Part shown: positions 30,204 to 38,700 of the stretch, one piece after another
Layout of the letters: the number at the start of each line of letters is the position of its first letter
Numbering within the stretch: the first letter of the stretch is position 1
Notes under the pieces: generated by a model
Told to the model about the DNA's origin: nothing
Seen by the model: the letters and a program-made list of their open reading frames with translations, nothing else
The model's database searches: none
Position numbers and translations under genes: made by a program
Assembly: GCA_963764715.1 (NCBI GenBank)
Contig: CAVXTP010000013.1
Location: forward strand, 32,001-96,000
Direction of reading: 5' to 3'
Length of the DNA: 64,000 bases
Source: an uncultured Acidobacteriota bacterium
Lineage (GTDB): Bacteria; Acidobacteriota; Thermoanaerobaculia; UBA5066; Gp7-AA6

Positions 30204-31996
30204 GCCGGCCGCCAGGGCCCCCTCCGCCCGGATCGACCGGGACCGGCGCGGCCTACGCGCGCCGGCGGTGGGAGTGGCTGCTCGTTCCGCTGGTTCTCGG
30301 CGCGGCCTCGGCCGCCCTGACCTGGGACCGCTGGATTCATCCCTTCGTCGACGGCTCGCGCGAGCTCCAGGTCCCGGCGCGGCTGGCGGCGGGGGAGCGT
30401 CTCTATCGCGATGTCGCCTTCTACTACGGACCGGCCGCGGCCTGGATCAACGCGGCCGCGATCCGGGCCGTGGGGCGGCGCTTCGGCGCGCTCGAGGCGA
30501 TGGGCGCGCTCGCCGCGGCCGTCCTCCTCGCGTCGCTCTACCGTCTCGCCCGGCGGGCGGGATCTGCGCTCGCCGCCGGCGCGGGCGTCTCGGTCGCCGC
30601 CGCGATCTGCATCGGGGCGCCGAACGGCGGGGCATTTCTGTTTCCTTACGCCTTCGCCTCGCTCTTCGCGGTGGCGGCCGGGTTCGCGTGTCTCGCCGCC
30701 GCGGCGGGTCCGGCCTCGCGCGGCCGCACGGCGCTCGGCGTCCTCGCGCTCGGCGTCGCGCTTCTCTCCAAGGCCGAGATCGGGGCCGCGGTCGCGGCGG
30801 CCCTGCTCCTCGGCGCGCTGCGCGGGGAGGAAGCCCGCTCCGCCCGGCGGAGGACCGCGGCGATTCTCGGCGGGGGCGTCGTCTTCGCCGCGGTCGGCTA
30901 CGCCGTGGCCTTCCGGGGCGTGGCGTGGGCGGACCTCGTGTCGGAGGGCCCTCTGGTTCTCTTCGCGCCGCCGCCCGAGTGGCGGCAGGTCTACCGGATC
31001 ATCTCGGGCATGGACTCGCCCGGCGCGTCGCTCGCGCGCGGCGCGACGGCGGCGTTCCTCGGCCTGCTCGTCCTCGGGGCCGCGCTCCTCGCGTCGCGAG
31101 CCTCCGCGAAAGACGGGAGACGCGCGGGCGCCGCCGATGCCGCGTGGTGGACGCTGCTCGCGGCGGCGGTCGCGCTCGCGGCGACGGCTGCGGGCGGGGA
31201 AATCGAGGACCGGCTGCCGCCCCTGCTCTCGCCGATGCCGATCGTCGCGGCGGCGGCCGCGCTGGCGCTCGTCGCGAGGGGGACCCGGAACGAGCGCGAG
31301 CGCGCGCGGCTCCTTCTCTTCGCCTTCTCGGCGCTCATCGCGTCCCGCGTCGCCCTGAACCTCGCCTACGGCTACGTCACGACTCCCTACTCCATCCTCG
31401 CCCTGCCCGGGCTCGCGGTGTCGGCCGCCGTGCTCGGCCTCGACGTCCTCGCGCTCCGAACGGCGCGGCCGGCGGCCTTCCGGCGGGCGCTCGCCGCGGC
31501 CTTCCTGGCCCTCGCCGCCGTCGGCCTCGTCCGGCTCGACCGGGCACGCCGAGCGCAACCACGCGTCGCCGTCGAGACGCCCGCCGGAACGCTTCGCCTC
31601 TCCCCGGTCCGGGCCGAGGCCGTGCGCCAGGCCCTCGATTTGATCTCTTCGCTCGCGCTGCCCGGGGACACGCTGTCGGGACTGCCGGAGGCCGGCCTCT
31701 TCAACTTCGCCACCGGGCTCGCGAATCCGCTTCGGGAAGAGCAGATCCTGCCGGGCCATCTCGATCCGGCCGCCGAGCTCGCGGTGGCCCGGCGGATCCG
31801 CGCGACGGGCCCGAGGTTCATCGTCCTCGCCGCGGAGGTCCCGCCCGGCTGGGCCGCGGCGCGCTTCGGCGTCGACTACGCTCGAGAGATCGCCGACGAG
31901 ATCGAGCGGCACTACGCGACGATTGCCGCGCCGACCTTCCCGGGGGGAAGCGGCGCCGTCCTCCGCGTGCTCGAGCGGCGGCCGGACCATCGGTAA
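30200..31996 (+). CDS. Polytopic membrane protein, GT-C fold glycosyltransferase-like, with C-terminal periplasmic domain
   Basis: GTGA overlap; DGSREL..PARLAAGERLYRDVAFYYGP first-loop motif, LLSKAE, many TM helices. Confidence 0.7.
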   Translation: MSRPPGPPPPGSTGTGAAYARRRWEWLLVPLVLGAASAALTWDRWIHPFVDGSRELQVPARLAAGERLYRDVAFYYGPAAAWINAAAIRAVGRRFGALEAMGALAAAVLLASLYRLARRAGSALAAGAGVSVAAAICIGAPNGGAFLFPYAFASLFAVAAGFACLAAAAGPASRGRTALGVLALGVALLSKAEIGAAVAAALLLGALRGEEARSARRRTAAILGGGVVFAAVGYAVAFRGVAWADLVSEGPLVLFAPPPEWRQVYRIISGMDSPGASLARGATAAFLGLLVLGAALLASRASAKDGRRAGAADAAWWTLLAAAVALAATAAGGEIEDRLPPLLSPMPIVAAAAALALVARGTRNERERARLLLFAFSALIASRVALNLAYGYVTTPYSILALPGLAVSAAVLGLDVLALRTARPAAFRRALAAAFLALAAVGLVRLDRARRAQPRVAVETPAGTLRLSPVRAEAVRQALDLISSLALPGDTLSGLPEAGLFNFATGLANPLREEQILPGHLDPAAELAVARRIRATGPRFIVLAAEVPPGWAAARFGVDYAREIADEIERHYATIAAPTFPGGSGAVLRVLERRPDHR

Positions 31997-32007
31997 GATA
32001 GCGGCAC

Positions 32008-32121
32008 GTGACGAGCGCCTGGCTTCCCAAGACCTTCACCACGCCCCGGGTCTTCATCCTGCGGATGCGCAACGTTCCCGCGATCGACGCGTCGGAGCCG
32101 GCCGGAGCGCGGCACGCATGA
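32008..32121 (+). pseudogene. In-frame collapsed remnant of a SulP-family anion transporter (37 aa)
   Basis: Reads VTSAWLPKTFTT-PRVFILRMRNVPAIDAS-EPAGARHA*; the middle matches the SulP STAS motif as I recall it; TAAGAT -10 box 8 nt upstream; ATGA overlap with the next gene. Confidence 0.65.
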
Positions 32122-32597
32122 CGGCGGAGCCGAAGCCCCCGACCTCGGGCGTGAAGTTCCCGCCCCCCGCCATCTACGTCCTGGCGCTCGCGGCGGGGTT
32201 CTTCGTCCGCTGGCGGTGGCCGGCCTCGATCGTTCCCGGCCGCGACCCCGAGGTGCGGGTGGCGGGCGTCGCGGCCTTCCTGCTCGGCCTCGGGCTCGCC
32301 CTCTGGGCGGTCGGGACCTTCCTCGCCACGGGAACGAGCCCCAACCCGACCCGACCGACCTCGGCCCTCGCGTTCGCCGGACCGTACCGCTTCACGCGCA
32401 ACCCGATGTACCTGGGGCTCGCGGCGGCGAGCGCCGGCGTGGCGATGTTCTGGAACGCCCTGTGGCCGCTGCTCTGCGTGCCGGTCGCAATGGCGCTCGT
32501 CACGCGCTTCGTGATCGCCCGCGAGGAACGCTACCTCGCGTCCCGGTTCGGGCCCCCGTATCTCGACTACACCCGGAAGGTCCGCCGATGGATCTGA
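32118..32597 (+). CDS. Isoprenylcysteine carboxyl methyltransferase (ICMT/PEMT) family membrane protein
   Basis: FPPPAIY, GPYRFTRNPMYLG and IAREERYL..RFG..Y..Y..KVRRWI motifs. Confidence 0.9.
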   Translation: MTAEPKPPTSGVKFPPPAIYVLALAAGFFVRWRWPASIVPGRDPEVRVAGVAAFLLGLGLALWAVGTFLATGTSPNPTRPTSALAFAGPYRFTRNPMYLGLAAASAGVAMFWNALWPLLCVPVAMALVTRFVIAREERYLASRFGPPYLDYTRKVRRWI

Positions 32598-33664
32598 GCC
32601 GCCACCGCTGGAACGGCGAGGCGCTGCTCGAGCGCCACGACGCCGAGACCGGCGCGACCATCCTCATCGCCCTGCACTCCTCGCGCCTCGGGCCCGCTTC
32701 CGGCGGCACCCGGATGAAGACCTATCCGGACCTCGCGGCGGCGCGGCGCGACGCCGAGCGCCTGTCGGAAGGCATGACGTACAAGTGGGCCGCCGCGGGC
32801 TTCCCGCGGGGCGGGGGCAAGGCCGTGCTCGCCGTGCCGCCGGGCCTGGCCGGCGACGCGCGCGACGGGTTGCTGCGGCGCTACGGGGCCCTCATCCAGG
32901 ACCTCGGCGGGCGGTTCTGGACGGGCGCCGACGTGGGCACGTCGTCGCGGGACATGGACGTGATCGCCGAGACCGGGGCGCCCTACGTCTTCAGCCGGAC
33001 CCCGGCGCACGGCGGCGCGGGCGACTCCGCGGGCTGGACGGCGCTCGGCGTCGAAGCCGGCATCCGGGCGACGTGCGCGCGCCTCTTCGGCGATCCGTCG
33101 CTTTCGGGCCGCCGCATCGTCGTCCAGGGCGCCGGCAGCGTGGGGGCCGCGCTCATCGCGAGGCTGCGGGCGGCCGGCGCGGAGGTCGCGTTCAGCGACG
33201 TGGACGAGGCGGCCGTGCGCCGCCAACGCGACGAAGGCCTCGCGTACCTCGATCCGGCAACGGTCCTCGAGGCGCCGTGCGACGTCCTCTCCCCGTGCGC
33301 GCTCGGCGGAGTGCTCGACTCCGCGACGATCCCGCGCCTTCGGTGCCGGGCCGTGGCCGGGGCCGCGAACAACCAGCTCGGCGAGCCGGAGGACGCCGAG
33401 CGCCTGCGGGCGAGGGGGATCCTCTACGCCCCGGACTTCGTGATCAACGCCGGGGGCGCCGTGGGGATCACCGGCCAGGAATCCCTGGGCTGGGCGGAAG
33501 AGCGCGCCCGGGAAGAAGTCCTCCGGATCGGCCCGACCCTCGAGCGCGTCTACGCGCTCGCCGAGGCGCAGGGCCTCACCACGGACGCGGCGGCGCGGCG
33601 GATCGCCGAGGAAAGGCTTCGGGCGGGCCCTCGCCCTAGCGCGCCGCCTGGCGGGGCGCGCTGA
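32588..33664 (+). CDS. Leu/Phe/Val dehydrogenase (ELFV family)
   Basis: GGTRM, GMTYK, GGGKAV, DVGT, QGAGSVG, GAANNQL and PDFVINAGG motifs. Confidence 0.92.
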   Translation: MDLSRHRWNGEALLERHDAETGATILIALHSSRLGPASGGTRMKTYPDLAAARRDAERLSEGMTYKWAAAGFPRGGGKAVLAVPPGLAGDARDGLLRRYGALIQDLGGRFWTGADVGTSSRDMDVIAETGAPYVFSRTPAHGGAGDSAGWTALGVEAGIRATCARLFGDPSLSGRRIVVQGAGSVGAALIARLRAAGAEVAFSDVDEAAVRRQRDEGLAYLDPATVLEAPCDVLSPCALGGVLDSATIPRLRCRAVAGAANNQLGEPEDAERLRARGILYAPDFVINAGGAVGITGQESLGWAEERAREEVLRIGPTLERVYALAEAQGLTTDAAARRIAEERLRAGPRPSAPPGGAR

Positions 33665-35192
33665 CGGAGCCCGGCCGGTAGTCCGGATCGATCGTCTTCA
33701 TCTTCGCCTCGACGTCCGCGGCGAGCGCCGTGCGCCCGGCCCGCCGGGCGTCGGCCGCGATCCGGTCGAGACGGAAGAGGCCCTCGCCCCACGCGTCGAA
33801 GCGCGGGTTCAGGGACAGCTCGGTGGCGACCCTCCGGATCGCCGCCTCGGCCTCCGAGGGGTCCTTCCCGTGGAGCGCGATCTCCGTTTCGAGCTGGGTG
33901 ACGAACGGCGAGACGAACCAGTCGAGATACCGCCCCTGCGCTCCGAGCTCGACGCGTCCCGCATCGAGCTTCTCCTGCGCCCGCCGCGCCGCGGCGCGCG
34001 CGTCGTCGATCCGGCCCATCGCCAGGAGCGCCTCGCCCTCGACGACCGTCGCCACGATCCGCGCGGCCGGCGTGCGCGTGTCGACCTGGAGGGCGCGCGC
34101 CACGGTCAGGGCCTCGGCGGGCTGCCCGCGGAGAAGGTAGAACTCGGCGAGGCTCGCCTGGGGCGTGCCGCGGTAGGGCAGGCGCGCGGGCGTGTCGAAG
34201 GCCCGCCGAAACGTCCGCTCGGCGTCGGCGAGCCGGTTCATCCGGAGATACGTGTAGCCCAGGAGCTGCAGGTTGTGGAGGTGGTGCCAGTCGTCGCCCG
34301 GCCGGAGGTTCTCCTCGCGGGCGTAGGCCTCCTCGATCGCGTCGGCCTTCTCGAACTGCGCGAGCGCCTCGTCCCACCGTCCGAGGCGCGGAAGGACGTG
34401 GCCGTACATGTGCTGGGCGTGGGCCACGCCCGGGCTCGAGGCCGCGTAGATCTTCCCGTGGTCCGCCGCCTCGGCATGGTGCCCGATGTTCTCGAACGAG
34501 TGGACGAGATAGTGCTGGGCGCCGAGATGGCCGGGCGAGCGCACGAGCGCGGTCTCGTAGAAGGCGATCGAGGCCGCTCCCCCGAACTGCCCCCGTCCCC
34601 ACGGGCCCGGCTCCTCGGCATTGCCGCGCAGGATCCAGAGCTCCGCGTCCTCGGGATAGGCGGCGAGCGCCCGGTCGAGCGCGGCCTTGTAGGCGGCGTG
34701 CTTCTCCGCCTCCTCGGACGGCGGCGCGGCCTGCGCCTCGATCTGCTGCGCGCGCAGCGCGACGAAAGTCTTCTCCTTCGGCGAGGCCTTCTCGGCTGCC
34801 GCCACGGCCTTCGCGATGGCGGAGGCCTCGGCGTCCGGCCGTTCGAGGCCCTGCTCGGCACGCGCGAGGCCCATCCAGCACATGGCGCAGTCGGGATCGG
34901 CCCGGAGGGCCTGCCGGAAGGAGCGCGCCGCCTCGATGAAGACGTAGTGATGGAGGAAGGTCAGGCCCTGGTCGTAGAACGCCTGCGCCGCCGGCGCGGC
35001 GGTCGTGATCGGCTGGTGGACGCTCCCGACGTCGGTCCGCAGCCGGGTCGGCCGCTCGAGGAGCGCCGGGTCGACGGGGTCGCCCGGGGCCGCGCAGCCG
35101 GCGTGCGAGACCGGCAGGTCCGCCGCCGGCGCGGCGCCGGAAAAAGAAGCGGCGAGGGCGGCGGCGAGAAACAGGCGGAACAGGGAAGTCAT
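33636..35192 (-). CDS. Exported tetratricopeptide-repeat protein with His-rich motifs
   Basis: Signal peptide; AQAFYDQGL and DPDCAMCWMGLA TPR-like repeats; start overlaps the upstream stop. Confidence 0.78.
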   Translation of the reverse strand: MTSLFRLFLAAALAASFSGAAPAADLPVSHAGCAAPGDPVDPALLERPTRLRTDVGSVHQPITTAAPAAQAFYDQGLTFLHHYVFIEAARSFRQALRADPDCAMCWMGLARAEQGLERPDAEASAIAKAVAAAEKASPKEKTFVALRAQQIEAQAAPPSEEAEKHAAYKAALDRALAAYPEDAELWILRGNAEEPGPWGRGQFGGAASIAFYETALVRSPGHLGAQHYLVHSFENIGHHAEAADHGKIYAASSPGVAHAQHMYGHVLPRLGRWDEALAQFEKADAIEEAYAREENLRPGDDWHHLHNLQLLGYTYLRMNRLADAERTFRRAFDTPARLPYRGTPQASLAEFYLLRGQPAEALTVARALQVDTRTPAARIVATVVEGEALLAMGRIDDARAAARRAQEKLDAGRVELGAQGRYLDWFVSPFVTQLETEIALHGKDPSEAEAAIRRVATELSLNPRFDAWGEGLFRLDRIAADARRAGRTALAADVEAKMKTIDPDYRPGSVSAPRQAAR

Positions 35193-35755
35193 GAACGTCC
35201 TTTCGGAATGCCGTACGGTTCGCCGCTCTTGGCCACGTCGAACTCGCCGGATTTCCCCTTCGGAACCGAGAGCGAGACCCAGTCCTTTCCCGCGAAGTGC
35301 CTCGCGAGGAACACGATCTGCCCCACATGGTACGCGTAGTGCGTGAGCTGGCGGTTGATGGCCTGCATGACCGTGTGCGGCTCCCGCCGGATGGGGACCG
35401 TGCGCAGGACGTCGGCCGGCGACAGGGCGGCGAGCGCTTCGAAGAGCAGCCGCCAGCCCGCCTCCCACCGTCCGAGGAGCGCCTCTCGCGTGTCGGCGGC
35501 GTCGAGCTCGAACTCGGAGTCGCGGTCGCGATCGGGCTTCTCGCCGTCGGAGGTCAGGAAGTCGGTCCAGCGCGAGCGCAGGTTGCCCGCGACGTGCTTC
35601 ATGACGATGGCGATGCTGTTGGACTCGGCGTCGATGGTGCGGAACAGGTCGGCCGCCGGAACCTGGGCGATCGCCCGGTCGGCGAGGTTCTTGTACTTGC
35701 GGAGCTGCAGGGCGGCGTCCTCGAGAAACGCGGCCTCCGGCACGGCTTCTTCCAT
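35189..35755 (-). CDS. DUF1572 (DinB/YfiT-like) family protein
   Basis: NSIAIVMKHVAGNLRSRWTDFL..DGEKP.R.RD.EF and HYAYHVGQI motifs. Confidence 0.88.
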   Translation of the reverse strand: MEEAVPEAAFLEDAALQLRKYKNLADRAIAQVPAADLFRTIDAESNSIAIVMKHVAGNLRSRWTDFLTSDGEKPDRDRDSEFELDAADTREALLGRWEAGWRLLFEALAALSPADVLRTVPIRREPHTVMQAINRQLTHYAYHVGQIVFLARHFAGKDWVSLSVPKGKSGEFDVAKSGEPYGIPKGRS

Positions 35756-35762
35756 CGCCGTG

Positions 35763-35793
35763 ATCGTATCGCTCCGCCGCCCGCCCGTAGAAT
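35763..35793. promoter_or_regulatory. Back-to-back -10 boxes for probable leaderless DUF1572 and lhr transcripts
   Basis: Minus strand TACGAT (35763-68) 7 nt before ATG; plus strand TAGAAT (35788-93) 6 nt before GTG 35800. Confidence 0.55.
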
Positions 35794-35799
35794 GCCGGC

Positions 35800-38700
35800 G
35801 TGAGCCGAGACCCCCTGTCGGGCTTCCGCGCCCCCGTCGCGCAGTGGTTTCGCGCGTCCTTCGCGCCGCCGACCGGCGCGCAGACGAAAGGCTGGCCCCC
35901 GATCCAGGCCGGGCGCTCGACGCTGCTGCTCGCCCCGACCGGGTCGGGCAAGACGCTCGCGGCGTTCCTGGCGGCGATCGACCGCCTGATGTTCTCTCCC
36001 GAGCCCGGAAAGAAGGACCGTTGCCGGGTCCTCTACGTGTCTCCGCTCAAGGCCCTCGCCGTCGACGTCGAGCGCAACCTCCGCGTGCCGATCGCAGGAA
36101 TTGCCGCGACCTCCGCGGGCCTCGGCGTCGCGCACCGCATTCCCTCGGTCGCCATCCGCTCGGGCGACACGCCCGCGGCGGAGAGGGCCCGCATCGCGCG
36201 GACCCCGCCCGACATCCTGATCACGACGCCGGAGTCGCTCTATCTGCTGCTGACCTCGCGGGCCCGCGAGGCGCTGGCCTCGGTCGAGACCGTCATCGTC
36301 GACGAGATCCACGCGATCGCGGCGAGCAAGCGCGGCGCCCACCTCTTTCTCTCGCTCGAGCGGCTCGAGGAGCTGCGGGAGCGGGGGAGGCCCCTGCAGC
36401 GGATCGGCCTCTCCGCGACGCAGCGCCCGCTCGAGGAGATCGCCCGGCTCCTCGGCGGGGGCGAGATCGCCGGCCGGCGCGGCACGTGGACGCCGCGCCC
36501 CGTCGAGATCGTCGACGCGGGAAGCCGCAAAGTCCTGGAGCTGACGGTCGAAGTCCCGGTCGAGGACATGGCGAAGCTCGGCGAGGAGCTCGACGAGCTC
36601 CCGTCCGGGCCCGCCTCCGCCGGCCCGACGCGGCGCTCGATCTGGCCGTCGATCTATCCGCGCCTCGTCGAGCTCGTCCGCGCCCACCGGTCGACGATGA
36701 TCTTCGCCAACAGCCGCCGGCTCGCCGAACGCCTCGCCGGGGCCCTGAACGAGGCCGCCGGGGAGGAGATCGCGCTCGCGCACCACGGCTCGATCTCGCG
36801 CGAGAAGCGCCTCGAGATCGAGGACCGGTTGAAGCGCGGGCAGCTCCCCGCGATCGTCGCGACCTCCACGCTCGAGCTCGGCATCGACATGGGCGCGGTC
36901 GACCTCGTCGTCCAGATCGAGGCGCCGCCCTCGATCGCCTCCGGCCTGCAGCGCATCGGGCGCGCGGGCCACGGCGTGGGCGAGGCGTCGCGGGGCATCC
37001 TCTTCCCGAAGTACCGGGGCGATCTCCTCGCGGCGGCCGCGGCCACCGCGCGCATGGCCGAGGGGAAAGTCGAGGAGACGACCTATCCGCGCAACCCGCT
37101 CGACGTGCTCGCCCAGCAGATCGTGGCGATCGTCGCGACCGAGCCCCGGCGCGTCGACGACCTCTATCGCATGGTGCGTCGCGCGGCGCCCTTCGCGGAG
37201 CTTCCGCGCGCCTCCTTCGACGGCGTGCTCGACATGCTCTCGGGCCGCTACCCCTCGGACGAATTCGCGGAGCTCCGGCCCCGCGTCACGTGGGACCGGG
37301 TCGGCGGCGAGGTCCGCGCCCGCGAAGGAGCGCGCCGGGTCGCGGTCGTCAACGCGGGGACGATCCCGGACCGGGGGCTCTACGGCGTGTTCCTGGCCGG
37401 CGGGGACGCGCGCCGGAGCCTCCGGGTCGGTGAGCTCGACGAGGAAATGGTGTTCGAGTCGCAGCCCGGCGACGTCTTCGTGCTCGGCGCCTCGTCCTGG
37501 CGGATCGACGAGATCACCCACGACCGCGTTCTCGTGACGCCGGCTCCCGGCCTTCCGGGCAAGATGCCCTTCTGGCACGGCGATCGCCCGGGACGGCCGA
37601 CGGAGTTCGGCGCGGCGATCGGCGAGCTGTCGCGCGAGCTCTCCTCGGCGAAGGGCGCCGACGCCGAGCGGCGCCTGCGGGACGCGCACGGCCTCGATCC
37701 CCGGGCCGCGACGAACCTCGTGGCGTACCTGCGCGACCAGCGCGAGGCGACGGGGGAGGTGCCGAGCGACCGCACGCTCGTCGTCGAGCGGTACGTGGAC
37801 GAGATCGGCGACTGGCGGGTCTGCATCCTGTCGCCCTGGGGCGCCCGCGTTCACGCGCCCTGGGCCACGGCCGTGCTCGCCCGGTTGAAGGAGTCGAGCG
37901 CCGCGGACGTCGAGGCGATCTGGTCCGACGACGGCATGGTGTTCCGGATCCCCGAGTCCGACGAGCCGCCCGACGTGGCGCGCTTTCTCCCGGCGGCCGA
38001 CGAGGTCGAGGACGTCGTCGTGCGCAGCCTCGGCCAGACCTCGCTCTTCGCCGCGCGTTTTCGCGAGAATGCCGCCCGGGCGCTCCTCCTCCCGCGCCGG
38101 CACCCCGGCCGGCGCAGCCCCCTCTGGGCGCAGCGCAAGCGGGCCGCGGACCTGCTCGCCGTGGCCTCGCGGTACGGGTCCTTCCCGATCATCCTCGAGA
38201 CGTACCGCGAATGCCTGCGCGACGTCTTCGACCTCCCGGGCCTGGTCGAGATCCTGCGCAAGATCGCCTCGCGCCGGATCCGGATCGTCACGGTCGATTC
38301 AAGGACACCCTCGCCCTTCGCCGGTTCCCTGCTGTTCTCCTACGTCGCGAACTTCATCTACGACGGCGACGCCCCCCTCGCCGAGCGCCGGGCGCAGGCG
38401 CTGTCGGTCGACCAGGCGCAGCTCAAGGAGCTTCTCGGCGAGGCGGAGCTCCGCGAGCTCCTCGATCCGGACGCGATCGCCTCCCTCGAGGCCTCGCTGC
38501 AGCGGCTCGAAGGCCGCCGGGTGCGGCACGCCGACGGCGTGCACGACCTGCTGCTCTCGCTCGGCGACCTGACCGAGGAGGAGATTCGCGCCCGGTCCGA
38601 GTCGCCGGGTGAAGTCCGGGCCTGGCTCGAGACGCTGGCGAAGGGGCGCCGCGTCGTCGCCGTGCGGATCGCCGGGGAAGCGCGCTTCGCCGCCGCGGAG

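Noticed and set aside
31818-32072. Minus-strand ORF with KTRGVVKVLGS, superficially NusG/RfaH-like
   Set aside because: It is the antisense of the SulP/STAS scar, which has a longer motif match, a -10 box and a coupled stop.
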